Source of the DNA: Octopus bimaculoides
Lineage: Eukaryota
DNA: 64,000 bases
NCBI RefSeq assembly: GCF_001194135.2
Contig: NC_068983.1
Coordinates: forward strand, 109,163,781-109,227,780
Direction: 5' to 3'
The translations under genes were made by a program, and so were the position numbers. Shown here one piece after another: positions 1 to 13,205 of this stretch. Position 1 is the stretch's first letter. Every line of letters begins with the position of its first letter. The notes under the pieces are model-generated. The model was not told the origin of the DNA and searched no databases. It was given only the letters and a program-made list of their open reading frames with translations.

Positions 1-1212
1 GAAAGTTTTTTTTAATTATTAGGAAATTTCACAAATAAATCTTTTAAGATAGCTAAACTTAAAACATAAAAAATCATTTATGTTTTATAACACCGCAACT
101 CTTTCACATTTTAATTGTTTGCCAAGAAAATGCCATTTAAAAAAAAATTACTTTAAAACAGAAAAATACAAGACTAACAGAGCAGATTCAGTTTTACCTA
201 ATTTACATATAAAGAACAGAAGTACATAAAAAAATGATCTCATTTTAGAGTAAATACTTAAGTGAAAACAACTGTTATGATAATCTTTTTATATATGTTA
301 AAATAATGCAACTCTAATAAAGTACTAAAGTATGTATATTTTTTAATCAAAATCTAGAAAACAGTTTTTAATTTAAATCTCTCCCATAATTCCTGCAGAT
401 GTTTTACTGAACTGTGGAGACTACCGCAGATTGTTAAATGGTTTCATTCTTTAGTTGAAGCCATTTTCCTTCACTGACACTTCTAACAACAGACTTTGCA
501 TCTTCCCATCTCTTTGAAATTATAAAACTTATGTATTTATTTATCAATATTCAGCATGATTTACTTGCCTTTCAATTGGACTACAATTTCAATTTCCATA
601 TAACAAGTTTAGAAAGAAAATGTTTTGTTTCTTGTTGAGATGCATAAAGGCCAAAATATATAAATGATTAATAAAAGAAAATTTTCATAAATCTAGAATA
701 GTCCTTGAATAAAAGTATAGTTTCAAGAAGTCTAAAGTCAAAAAAAGTCAGATGCAGAAAAATTGAAAGATTGACAATTAAGGTGACCTGACTACTTCAG
801 ACAGACATGTAAAATTGATGCAACTACATTGATTAAGATGAGAATTCACATTGTTTTTCTTTATGATAGTTTTTCAGTACAAATTACATACTTTTTATTT
901 AATTGATTGCTATTAGCTTGTTTTAATGTTTATGTTTAATGTTTGTATATTGATTTGATGAATGCACACCAATTTTGTATTTATATGATCTTCATTCCTT
1001 GGAAATTTAGTAGATTTATCTTGTTTTACTTTAAAGTAAATTGCTATTGATTTAGCAGGAAATTATTTTTTTATTAATATCCTATTTCACACATTTCTAT
1101 TGATTTTTATTTTGTGATGTGAATAAGAAGCAAACACAACTTTGTGAAAATGTAACATCAATAAATCAGAGATCAGATGTTTTGTATAGTCTGTAAAGCA
1201 TGTGCTCACATG

Positions 1213-1213
1213 C

Positions 1214-1266
<53 letters not shown>
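1213..1266. repeat. (CA)n microsatellite
   Basis: Direct; explains the ORFs 1087-1413, 1200-1487 and 1206-1394. Confidence 0.97.
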
Positions 1267-1268
<2 letters not shown>

Positions 1269-3519
1269 GCCACTGAATGGACTTATAAAGTTGAATTGAA
1301 CGTGGAGACTGAATATAGAAAGAAGATGCATAAAGAACTTGTTTACAAAATAAACAGCTATCTGGAAACGAAAACTTTTCAAAAAGTAATCCAATGTATA
1401 AATAGTTTTGCATACTATTTATACACTTTCAAAGTTGGGTTTTATACGTGCCCTAAATTACTAATAAATAGATTAGATATATATTGATTACCTCACTAAA
1501 ATAGTTAAAAAAATTGAATACTCCATGGTTTTAGCTTTTGTTTAACATTTCATTTAGCAAACTACACTGAAAAATTCCAAGTTCAATAAAAAAGATATTG
1601 CATTGGGAATATTTTGTTCTTTTGAATTGTAAATTTCATTTTCCTAAAATTTTATAACGTTTTAGTACTCACTTGCAATATTACAGCAAAATACTATCTC
1701 ACCCTATGAGAAGAAGGTGAAAGAATATGTGGAGAGACCATATTACTAAGCTTTAAAAGTAAATGAGGATTGATGTATCTACTTTGAAGAGTGACAACCA
1801 AACTACCCAACTTTAAACAAAAGTTAGTTTAATATTTACGAGGAAATAATTTAACAAGCCTTTGATGTATAAATGTTTTAACAATATAGTTGGGTGTTTA
1901 GCAAAGTATTGTTTATAAATTGCAAATTAACATTGATTACAATGAAATTAGATTTAAAATTTAGCAAATGAATTACAAGATGATGAATTATTATAAGTCA
2001 TAAAAGTTAAAGAAAATTCATTGCAAAAATTCCCAAGCTAATAATAGATATTTGTGCTCTGATATTCAAAAATAAATTAAGTACTTTCTGCCATAGGAAA
2101 TGAAGTCTTTAGGGTATAAATGATATTGCTTAATAGAATAATGTTTGACTGTAATATCAATAGAATGTTGTTCTAAATACCAGCCACTGAACCATTAAGT
2201 ACCTATCTTTTTCTGAGCTAGAATAGTTCTTCATTTATCAATTGATAAACTTACTAAAGTCTGATCTAGTACATCTCAAGTATTCATTGATGTATTTTTC
2301 ACATTAAATATTGGCTATTAACAGCTCATAACATTTTTTGCATCTTTTGAATGACTAAGGTGTTTTATTATAGAATATAGGTCATGAATGGAAATTCTAT
2401 CAACTTTGAACAAATACTAAATATTATCCTCAAGCAAAAACATTATACAACAACAAGGCACAAGTTGTTAAAGGAAGTTCATCACACAATATTTCATGTT
2501 ATCTTTGAATAATATATTCTATCCTTTTATAAGCTAGACACTCTAGTGGAAGTATAAAAACATAACTACTATAGAAACTGATTGCACTAAGAAAAGAATA
2601 TCAGTAAAATATTGATCAACATTCCCATCAGATCTGTTTATTTGATTCTAATAGGTTATTATGGTTTAAATATCTACAAAAGGATCGAGTTTATTATGCA
2701 CTAATTCTTGGTTTTAAATATTTGGAAAAGCAAATGAAATATATAAAATTATATGCATACTGTGTTCATTTAAAGATTTTTAGTAAACAAATCAGGGAAA
2801 ACGAAGTAAACATAAAATTAGATAAATAATAATTATTGTAACAAAATGCATAAAATCCTATGCCTTAGGAAAAGAGAGAACAGAACATTTGTAAAGTCTG
2901 AAATGAAAGTGACATTTAAGTCAATTATATTTTGTAACAAATTCAACATTTTATAACATTTCAACATTGAAATGCCTATTTCATTGTGGTAAATGTAAAC
3001 AGCTTTCCACAAATTCATAAGAGTGGAATTCAGAATAAGGAAATATCAGGAAAATATAGCAATTGAGAACCACAGCACATTATGTAATTTCCATTATAGA
3101 ATGAATCTATACCTATATTTTAAATGGAAAAAAATAAATAAAAATGAGAAATATCAGTAGATATCTACAAAAAGGAAAGCATATATTTTACATAAAGTGA
3201 TAGTAATACTTTGAAAGAATATGAAGCTGTATGTAGTGGCCTAAATAGTTTAAGAAATGGATCGAATGGTAAAAAAGGAGAAATGCTAAAGGAATTAAAA
3301 ATACCAACTTAATTTAAATGTATATAGTGAAATTCTTGAGTTTGAATAAGTTTGTAAGCCCTAAGAAGAACAGGAACTAGACATTTTGTGATATAAGTTG
3401 TGTATATGGAAAGGATAAGTAAAAAATAATTTGCAACTATGATGTGGTGTCAGAGGCAATTTTTGACAAGAAACACTTAATGCTTGATAATGTCAGGCTA
3501 AATAATTATATAATACATA

Positions 3520-3790
3520 ATACTAACCAAATTGGAAAATTTGGGTTGCCTTCATCAGCTGAAAATGACAGTGTAACAGAACAGTACTTGCTTGCTATAA
3601 ATTGAGAGAGATTTACAGAATGCCCATCTCACTAAAACCTCCACAAACAAAACTTTTGGGGATATAATGGACTTTGCCTTTTATCCTAGTGGAATTTATA
3701 GAATAAATACTAGCAACAATGTAATCAACCATGCCCTAGTAAACAATTCTCCTTCATGTTCACATCCCAATAACTGAAACTATTAAAATA
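3520..3790 (-). mobile_element. Possible decayed Penelope-type terminal repeat with hammerhead-like core
   Basis: Minus strand reads GCTGATGAAGGCAACCCAAAT (CTGATGA intact, GAAA arm mutated). The flanks resemble an interspersed repeat; boundaries approximate. Confidence 0.3.
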
Positions 3791-5439
3791 GTAAAAGAAT
3801 ACTGATATTTTCAGTGAAAGAAAATTTATTAATAAAGGCTACTAGAAATACATTCACATACACATTGTAATGCATAAAGTTAGCAAGGTTGTGATAGGGT
3901 ATGGGAATAATTATGATCCCTATACAGAAAGAGTGTAAAAGATAATTTATCAGTATTTTCATTAGCCCAAAGTTGCTAAGTGTAAAGCACTTTAGAGAAC
4001 TGCTGTATCATTATGGTACCTGTATTCATCATATTAGGAGGAAATTATTGCAAATAGGTAAATTTTAATATAACAAACAAAATACATTTGGGGGAACAAT
4101 ATTGATGCTATAAGTGATATAATGTTCAATTATGTACAATACAATTTGTATGACTACAAAAATAACCATTGAGTGTTATCATTATCTGCTGAACAATTAC
4201 TCTAGGAAATGTATTGTAATGATTCAAAACAAACTTGACATTTATTGAAAACTGACTTTTCCTCCAAACTTAAAACCCATCATTTTCTCTGTCACCAAAA
4301 AAAAAAAAAAAAAATATATATATATAACATGAAAACAAGAAAGATCAATACAGGTCTATATCATGTGTATATTACATGGCAAAATCATATTCACAAGAGA
4401 TACTATAATAACAAACATATAGAGTGGAAAATTACTCAAAGAAAATAAAAAAACTGGTGAGAAAACATTTTCCAGCCTCTATTATTTCAAACAGAAAGAA
4501 AAATTGAAAGCAGTTGATATAGGTATATTCACTAAGAAAATATTGGGCACAAAAATTAATTCCTTTCTTTATATAAGAGAGATATAGAGATTAAATTGAG
4601 ATATGTAGTTTTAGGACTCTCTATGCAGTTGTTCTAATAACTAGAAATAGCAACCTAATTTCAGTCAACCTACAACCTACTACCATAAAAACAAAGGACA
4701 CATTGGAAATAATGATTTACAAAAATCATTTGACCATGGCCAGAAAAAGTTTTGATCATATGCCTTCGAAATCATGTTTGACAGAGTGCTAAGCAACAAC
4801 AACAACAACCTGAGAGGGATGAAATTCAAAGTTACTTTGGTCATAACTGAGCAAAATATCTCCATTTAATGAAGATTAAAATATAAATTTTAAAAACAAA
4901 AAGGTATTTTTCTTAAATTTAAATAAAAATAGTATTATTTAATTCATTTCTTATAAGTTGGGTTTCTTGGCAAAAGAGAGAGAAATCTTATTGAAAATTT
5001 ATTCCTTCCATCTTAGTACTTAAAACAGAATACGCCATATTTTTACTTAGTCTCCAAATATTCACCAACAGAACTCTCATCAATGCAAAGCAGTTTAGAG
5101 GTGCAATAACATTTTCAAGAAATGAGAAAGAAAAATAAATCATAGAAATGACTGCAGATATGTAGAAATACTTGTTTCTAATCACTAAGAGCAAAGTTGG
5201 TTAGTCAATTGGTTTATGGTTTTCTTAAAACAATCATACTAGGTCTTTTTTCTACTCCCAACCTTGATAGTATTCTTCAATAGTTCTGAATTTTGAAGCT
5301 TAGATTTTCATGCAGTTAAAAGTTTCCAGGTCCCAGTCATTATCTTGACAAGGTGTGACAGTAGCTCTATATCTCCTGGAAATTAGTTGCAGACTGTTTT
5401 TGTTGGTAGATTCATTACAATTTCTTATCAGTGATTAAA

Positions 5440-6150
5440 ATTTTCTTAAAACTAGATACATTTTCATTTAGTCCATCCAATCCTGGCATTCGTTTTCTAG
5501 TCTATTCAAATCTTTGAAAGTAAGCCTTGAAGATAACTTCTTTGGGGTCATATTTGAATTTGCTTATGGAATTTGCTACATGGTCAGGCGAAAATGTATT
5601 CTCCAGTTTGGCTATCAACTTCATTAGCTGTAACATTTCCTGCTGTAATCCTTGTTGTTGTTCTTGTTCCTTGAGTTGTTGTTACTGTTTTTGCAACTCA
5701 ACTACCCCAGCTAACAAGTCTTCCATACTTTACAATTTTCATAAGTTTACATAAGATTTCTGTTTTTGTTTTTGTCAAGTTATTTAATTTTCCACATGAA
5801 TTAGTTTAAACTTTCTGTGTGAATTATATTTTTCACTCTGTGTGAATGTTTATCCATGTTGCCACTATTGTAAAGTGGGTTCCTCCCACTGGTGTGATGT
5901 GTGACTGCTGTTCTACTGTAGTTGCTGTTTTTCAATAGTAGCCACAATAGTTATTAGTTATTGGATACCATTGTATCTCTTCGTACATGAATTGTAATAT
6001 ACTAACTTCTGTCTTACTATCGCTGATAGCTCCACAAGACACTGACTAGAAATGTCAACCCTCTTTTGATGACCGGCTACTGGTCTTTTTATAATGGTTG
6101 TCTCCTACCACTTTTTACCGGGTGGGGTATACAATTTCACTATACAACAG
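5440..6150 (-). mobile_element. Ty3/Gypsy LTR retrotransposon remnant: 5' LTR, PBS and gag N-terminus
   Basis: From ATG at 5726 (-): MEDLLAGVVELQKQ*QQLKEQ...VANSISKFKYDPKEVIFKAYFQRFE, then after a frameshift ECQDWMD*MKMYLVLRK. This is typical of invertebrate Gypsy gag. The putative LTR ends in CA at 5869, followed by PBS-like TAGTGGCAAC, and starts near 6150 (TG). No pol or 3' LTR seen. Confidence 0.75.
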
Positions 6151-7627
6151 TTATATGGAGATCAACACTGGATTAACTGGAAGAATTGGTATTTAGAAAA
6201 TTGTAGCCAATTATTTGATTTCACAAGCATATGTTTAGTGTGGTAGGTTTTCAAGTGATAGTTGCCATAAAATGAAATAAATAAAACCTGTACAAATTCT
6301 AAGCAAATAAATATCTAAAAGAATGAAATAACATAACTTTATGCTTGATACGATCACATTATTTTTTAATAATAATTTTGTTATTTATGATAATTTTACT
6401 AATGATATAGACATATCTGATTTTGTTTCCATAATTCTATAATTCATATAAAGAGTAGCAAAATTTTTTGAAGTGAATTTGGATTAATTTTTCTCAGGAG
6501 AGATTGGCAGAGATAGAATCATTAAGGGAATCTTAAAAAAAAAAAAGAAAAAGAATAAAAACTTTTACATTTCTACTTAATGGCTTTTAAAATTTCTGTC
6601 TGCTTATCATTGCAATATTATACTTTGACATCTTGGTTCATTTATATTGTTTCTTGTAATAACAGGTATTTCCTTTTTTCTTCCATATTATGGTGTGTCA
6701 ATCACAGTTTTAATACATTAGATAAAACAAATCTATTAATGTACTGTTACGCATATATGGATTTTTAATTTCATTTTCTAATTTACCTTCAATGATTTTA
6801 TCTGCATTTTATCTTATTTAATTTTTAGCTTATGAATGATACAACTATAGCTTAGCTGTTAAAGTTTTTTTTTCAAGTAAACTTTAAATCTCTCTGTAAT
6901 TATTATTGCAGAATTAATGAAACTATTGTCATGTGAAAATTATACTGAAAATTAAAAGCAAAAATATTGTGTATTTGTTCATTTATGGTATCTAAACAGG
7001 CATGTGTACTCATAAATACATGTAGCAGTACATTCGTGTGAGCATACATTGAATTTATATGTTACAGTAAATGTTATAACAAACAGAAATGCTGAAATTT
7101 ATAAATCTTTTGATTTCTTTCAGTTATGAATTCCCTACACCCTTCTATTAAAAGCTTTCATGCATTAGTGAGAAAAACAAATTTCTCTCACAAAGTAGGA
7201 AAAAATATTGCATGTGGAATATGTCAGCCATATTAACTAAGTGTGTTTTAATAAACAACCATCATAGACACCAGCATATGCATATATGCAAAATTCCATT
7301 ATACTTTAACATGCAAAATATATCATTTTTCACTTAAACTATTACTTAGTAAAAGTCAATGCTGACTAAAGTAAGAAAATAAAGGTGTGCACATTTGAAT
7401 ATACAGCTAAAGATATAGAAATGGATGTTAAATTTAGAGGCAAAGCTTTATGGAAACGATGACAGAATTGAAATATGTGATGATATGCCATATACTAGAA
7501 GTGTCCAACTCATATGAAAATGAAAGGCAGCAAAAACCAGAATGGCAATGATAATTATGATAATAGTAACTATTACATTTATATAAATGTGTGTGTATGT
7601 ATACACACACATGAAATTGTATAAATA

Positions 7628-7765
7628 GGAACTGTCATGTAATTAAGAACTTCCCTTTGCAACTAAGTGGTTTTGGGTTCAGCCCTAATGCAAGGCTCCT
7701 TAGGTAAGTGACACTGGGCAATCCTGCATGAGCAAGTTTAGTAGACAGAAACTGCAAGAAACCTA
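7628..7765 (+). mobile_element. Decayed 5' module of CORE-like SINE
   Basis: Similar to 15769-15930 (ggttttgggttcag...cttaggtaagtg...gtagacagaaactg). Confidence 0.5.
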
Positions 7766-7775
7766 TTTGATGTGT

Positions 7776-9230
7776 CATCATCATCATCATCATCGTTTAA
7801 CATCTGTTTTCCATGCTGGCATAGGTTGGATGGTTTGACTGAGGTCTGAGAAGCCAGGAGGCTGCACCAGGCTCCAGTCTGATCTGGCAGNNNNNNNNNN
7901 AGGTCTGAGAAGCCAGGAGGCTGCACCAGGCTCCAGTCTGATCTGGCAGTGTTTCTACAGCTGGATACCCTTCCTAATGCCAACCACTCCGAGAGTGTAG
8001 TGGGTACTTTTTTTATGTGCCACTGGCAAGGAGCCAGAGGGGGCTGGCATCATCCACGATCAGATGGTGTTTTTTACGTGCCACTAGCGTGGGAGCTAGT
8101 CAAGGCGGCACTGGCATTGGCCATGTTTGGATGAGGCTTTTTACATGCCACTGGCATGGGGACCACAACTACAATTTCCATTTGATAGTGATTTGATTTT
8201 GATGTATTTGACTCAATAGGTCTCCTCAAGCACAACATGTTGCCCTATGATCCAAGGTACTTTTTGAGTGGGCTGGTTATGCGACACTGGTATAGGTTAC
8301 AGCTGTGAACTCACTTTATTTGCTGGGTCTTCTCAGTCACAGCATATCTCCAGATATATCCACAGCATATCTCGGTCTTTCGTCATTGCCTCTCTGAGGC
8401 CCAACGTTCGAAGATCAGGCATCACCACTTCATCCCATGTCTTCCTGGGTCTCTCTCTACCCCAAATTCCTTCCACTGTTTGGAAGTGGTACTTCTTCAC
8501 ACAGCTCTCCTCATCCATCCACCGTACATGATCATACTAATGCAAATGTCTCTCTTGCATGCCACATCCAATGCTTCTTATGTCCAACATTTCTCTCAGG
8601 GCACTTACACTCTGTCGTCTGTGCACACTGACATTACACATCCAGCAGATCATGTTAGCTTCATTTTTTTCAAGCCTACACACGTCTTCAGCAGTCACGG
8701 CCCATGTTCCACTGCCATGAAGCATGGCAGTTCACACACATGCATCGTGCAATCAACCTTTCACTCTGAGCGAGAGGCCTTTGTCACCAGTAGGGTTAGA
8801 AGCTTTCTAAACTTTGCCCAGGCTATTCTAATTCTAGTGGTAACATTCTCTGAGCATCCACCCCCAATACAAACTCGGTCACCTAGGTAGCGGAAGCTAT
8901 GAACTACTTCTAGTTTCTCCCTCTGATATGTGATGAAATCTGTTTTCTGAGCATCTGTGGTGTTTATTGCCCTTGTGCTTCTGCTGCATGCAAAAGCTAT
9001 CTTTCTGGTTAATCTTCCTTTGATGTTGCTGCACTTCTTATGTGTCCATAGCTTACACTGGGTACATCTTATGGAATTTCTACCTACATCTTTTCTACAG
9101 ATCGAGTAGGGCCACCTACCGGAAAGGGTGTGTGATGTGTTTGCCTTCCTACTTACTAGAACTTTGGTCTTTGCGACATTGATTCTAAGGCCCTTTGATT
9201 CTAACCCTTGCCTCCATGTAATGCTTGGAG
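7776..9230 (-). mobile_element. RTE-clade LINE, 3' portion, decayed
   Basis: Minus translation shows LESKGLRINVAKTKVL, a Cys/His-rich insert (CRKDVGRNSIRCTQCKLWTHKKC), FRYLGD, MLHGSGTWAVTAED and GRERPRKTWDEVV. 3' UTR ends in a (GAT)n tail at about 7776-7795. Confidence 0.9.
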
Positions 9231-9840
9231 TTCATAGTGACATCATTTCCATTATTGTCTTCAAAAAATTAAGATCCAATGATGTCAGCTTTTCTAACAG
9301 CACACCAGACCATCACTTTGGGCTGTTTAGTTGTCTTTCATGCAGTTCTCTTGGATTTTCAAGAGCCCAACAATGACAGTTCCATTGATTCACTAAATTA
9401 TTGAGATGAAAGTTGCTTCCATCTCACATGCAAAGTTAAGCTGTTGTGCATAGTCCCGTGGCTTCAAGTGTTGCCCAATGACCAATTTGTACAGGTGGAA
9501 GGTCTTCGTGCAAAATATGCCTTACTAATCAATTACTGAAGCTAAGTTCAGTAGAATGCCTCTGATGAGAGCAATTAGGACTCCGTATCAAAGCTTATTT
9601 GACACGTTCCACATTTTCTGGGGTACGTACCATTTGTGACACCCCTACCAGTCTCCTATTTATTAGTGTGCCTCAAGTACGAAGTGCATTCATCCAACAT
9701 AAGATTGTGTTATGGGTGGGAACAGCCTAATTTTGGTGAATGTTGAAGTGGCACCAAAACTCATGCTGAACTGCTGTGACAGACTCACTATTCTTCATGT
9801 CACTGTCATAGGCAAACATGCATATGATCCACTTTTCTCT
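9230..9840 (-). mobile_element. Tc1/mariner transposase fragment, same family as 28868-30172
   Basis: Clear nucleotide similarity to about 29400-30030; many stops and deletions. Confidence 0.85.
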
Positions 9841-10830
9841 AAGTATGGTTGGAGGTATGACCATTACTAGCATGGAGCTGGGGGAGGACATCACTGCTGT
9901 CGTATGAGCAAGGGTTACTAGCACTAGGAGCAGTGGTACCAGTGTTGCTATTTAGAAGTGTTTTCCTAGCTGCTAGGATGTCTATATCCAGCCAAGTGAG
10001 GGGTGCATGTTTCCTTGTGAAACATCATGAGTGATATGAAGGCATAATAGTTTGAAAAATCAAACTATAGGGAGGGAAGGAGTACAAGATTTATTAGAGA
10101 GAGAAAGGGAGTGGAATCAAGTGAAAGCATCACCAATACAGCTCCAAAGAGGAAGCTTTACTTTGCTCCTCACTAAGATCATACTTTGGTCAGTTATTCA
10201 ACCCAAGTCTGATTTAGTGGGGCAAATAAGCCTGACAGAAGGTTTGATGGAGAAGTCAAGTTTATAGTTTTTGAAGGTGAAGCATGGGGAATAGGTGTAT
10301 AAAGTTCTATTCAATCCAAGGTCTGTGATCAGCTTACAGTGGAGGTTGCTGTTATCCTTAAGAGTATTCCTACGAGTATGTCTATAATTTCCACTAAGAT
10401 CCTTATATTTGAAATCAGTAAATATATCAATTGGGAGGGTGTACAAGTTCCTGGTTTTGTCTGAAAAACATGTAGTTGTGGAGGGTTTTTTATCATAAAG
10501 ATAATCCTGGAGATGTCCTTTTGGAATGAGTTCATCTTATTAGAGAATTTAATATTCGTTATCATTTGAAGTAGATCCTTTTTCAAGTTAGCCAAATGCA
10601 GGGTTAGGAGGCAAATTTTTATAAGTTTTTAAGTTATAGTAGTCTTTATTCTTGGAGGAGTCAAAGGTATTAGATTTGATGTTATAGAAGAGAGCCCTCC
10701 ATCTCATCTAAGCAATGAAGTCATTAGTCTTCTGTTATAAAAGTTCCAAATAAAGATCTCTGGGTGGAATTGGAATATTCTTAGTAGAGATGCCTAGAAA
10801 TTATTTATCCATATTAAGCATAATCTATAA
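9840..10830 (-). mobile_element. Penelope-like element remnant (RT N-terminal region plus probable terminal repeat)
   Basis: Minus frames give NDFIA*MRWRALFY, LKKDLLQMITNIKF..NSFQKDI, SDKTRNLY and KPSVRLICPTKSDLG, motifs I associate with marine-invertebrate PLE ORFs. A degenerate hammerhead-like core lies near 10000-10035. Confidence 0.6.
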
Positions 10831-11589
10831 GTAGCTCTCAGCTGAACAGAGGGTGAGAGTAGGATGTGTGTATGTGTATGTGCATGCACATGTATGTATG
10901 TGTGTGAAACATATGTAGAATATGTCAATTATGGAGCTAGAAAGACCCAATAAATAATTAAATGAATGTATTGGGCAGATATATATATGCTTATTAGGAG
11001 CAAAAGACCATACAGAAAGTTTATAATTTCAAGATACAGTGATACTGAACTCACCATAAAACTCTTATGCTAGCCAGTGCAGGTAACTTGCTAATGTATT
11101 CCAAACATGTTCACATTTATGTACAAATGCAGAATATGTTTATTAGCTGGATGTGTCCAGCACAACATATAATTAATGCATTTTTCTGAGTGTATGAATG
11201 TGCATGTTTAATTTTGGTGTCATGTGTTTAACTTTGATGAATGAATGTATTTTTATCTATGTTTGGAGAGTAATCAGCTTGTAGCTTGTCTATCAAAGGT
11301 AATTTTTGGTTGGGTGAGATGCAACCTACAGCACTGTGATAGTGCATGTCAAAAAAATGTTAATAGTGTGTTGTGGCATGTATACATGTATGTAGATGAG
11401 GCAATTAACAGTTTATTCAATAGCTGAAGCAAGTTTGGCATATACTGTGCAAGATAGTAGTGGCACGTTCACATATTTTGTTGAGTAGTAGTTTACATAT
11501 AAATAGAATGTTTATGCTTTCTATAGCACATAAATTATATAGTCTGTAGTTGTCACAGTCTTGTAAGGTTTTGGTAATAATAATCCATT

Positions 11590-11940
11590 GTTGTTCATAT
11601 GAACAAGAGGAGTTCATGAAAAGATGGACTGAGTACAGAGGCCAGTTTGAAGATGAACTGAGTACAGAGGCCAGTTTGAAGATGAAAAAACTGAAAAGCC
11701 TTCACAATCCAACTACAATATTTTAAAGTCCGAAGTGGAACATACCATCGAGAAGATGAGAGAAGATAAAACTCCAGGTCTAAATACAATAACATGTGAG
11801 ATGTGTAAATCGCAAGAAAATTATGGTATTACAAAACTCACAACTTTTTCAATGACATCTATGACTCTGCACACCACTCTGAATATTTCTAATCAACAAC
11901 ATTGTAAGGCACTCAATTGCTCTGGCTTCAAAAGTATTAC
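11590..11940 (+). mobile_element. RTE-type LINE RT N-terminal fragment
   Basis: KRWTEY...FLKSEVEHTIEKMREDKTPGLNTITCEMCK...GITKLT; contains a tandem duplication of about 29 bp at about 11625-11685. Confidence 0.75.
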
Positions 11941-12612
11941 TCTCATGTTTCAATCTCATAAAATATTTCTTATAGTATAAAATGTAAAATGAATGCAGAT
12001 GTCAGAGGGGCAATTTCAGTAAGACAGAAGAGATGATAAGAAAGAAGAAATCTACTTTAAAGTTGATTAGAAGTGAGTTAGGTAGTGGTAGTCCTAAAAC
12101 TGAAGGTGTTGTAGAAGGTACAATTTCTCATTCACTTGAATGCACCAATCTTTTGAATCAGTATTTGAAGATATATGTTCATAAGTGGAGCGAGTCATTT
12201 TTGGTAGAAATGTTTAGAGTTTGTTGATCTGGAATTTGTTTATTCATGTTGGTCTACAGTTTTGTTTTACAAGGAAGATACGCTTACACACTGAGTAGTC
12301 TGACTAGAATGTAACAACTACTCCATGGAGCGCACGCTTACGTACACATACCAAAAAGAGGAACTGACCATAAACCAAAACATATTATTCATTACCAAAA
12401 TTAAACACACCACACGAAAATTAAAAACACATATGCATACACACATACACTAACTATATATAATATCAGAATACCAATATACACCTAACTTGTATGCATG
12501 TGTACCCAATATGCATAAGCATTTTATGCTCTGATGATCAGTAAAAAACATAAAATATATAAGAAATGAGAAATAATGAAAATAATGTCCTCATCAGCTA
12601 TCTTGCTAATAT

Positions 12613-12613
<1 letters not shown>

Positions 12614-12688
<75 letters not shown>

Positions 12689-12920
12689 NNNNNNNNNNNN
12701 NNNNNNNNNNNNNNNNNNNNNNNNNNNNNNNNNNNNNNNNNNNNNNNNNNNNNNNNNNNNNNNNNNNNNNNNNNNNNNNNNNNNNNNNNNNNNNNNNNNN
12801 NNNNNNNNNNNNNNNNNNNNNNNNNNNNNNNNNNNNNNNNNNNNNNNNNNNNNNNNNNNNNNNNNNNNNNNNNNNNNNNNNNNNNNNNNNNNNNNNNNNN
12901 NNNNNNNNNNNNNNNNNNNN

Positions 12921-12981
<61 letters not shown>
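12614..12981. repeat. Compound (TG)n(AG)n / N-gap / (TAA)n microsatellite
   Basis: Direct. Confidence 0.95.
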
Positions 12982-12982
<1 letters not shown>

Positions 12983-12989
12983 GCTGCTT

Positions 12990-13205
12990 CAAATTTTGAT
13001 GCAAGACCAGCAGTTTTAAAGTGAAGTAATATTTGATTACATTGAGCCTAATATTTCACTGGTATTTTATTTTATTAACCCCTAAAGAATGAAAAGCAAA
13101 GTCAGTCTCAACAATAATTGAACTCAGAATGTAAAGAGCTGGAAGAAAAACTCCACTAAGTATTTTGTCAGATGTACTAACGATTCTGTTAGCGTGCCAC
13201 ATTCC
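12990..13205 (-). mobile_element. tRNA-derived Nin/Deu-like SINE (family 2), decayed
   Basis: Minus strand carries ctttgcttttcattctttagggttaataaaataaaataccagtgaaata, similar to 39603-39820. Confidence 0.65.

Noticed and set aside
395-520. Possible terminal exons on either strand (CFTELWRLPQIVKWFHSLVEAIFLH* on +; RWEDAKSVVRSVSEGKWLQLKNETI* on -)
   Set aside because: Mutually exclusive readings with no recognisable homology.
1087-1487. ORFs with poly-CV/HT, and similar poly-RE/LS/IY/N ORFs at 12.6, 15.9, 21.1, 31.4, 32.4, 41.7-43.5, 44.5, 45.9 and 54 kb
   Set aside because: Translations of microsatellites or N-gaps.
7842-7949. 49-bp exact direct repeat flanking a 10-N gap
   Set aside because: Typical unmerged contig overlap; probably an assembly artefact rather than a biological duplication.
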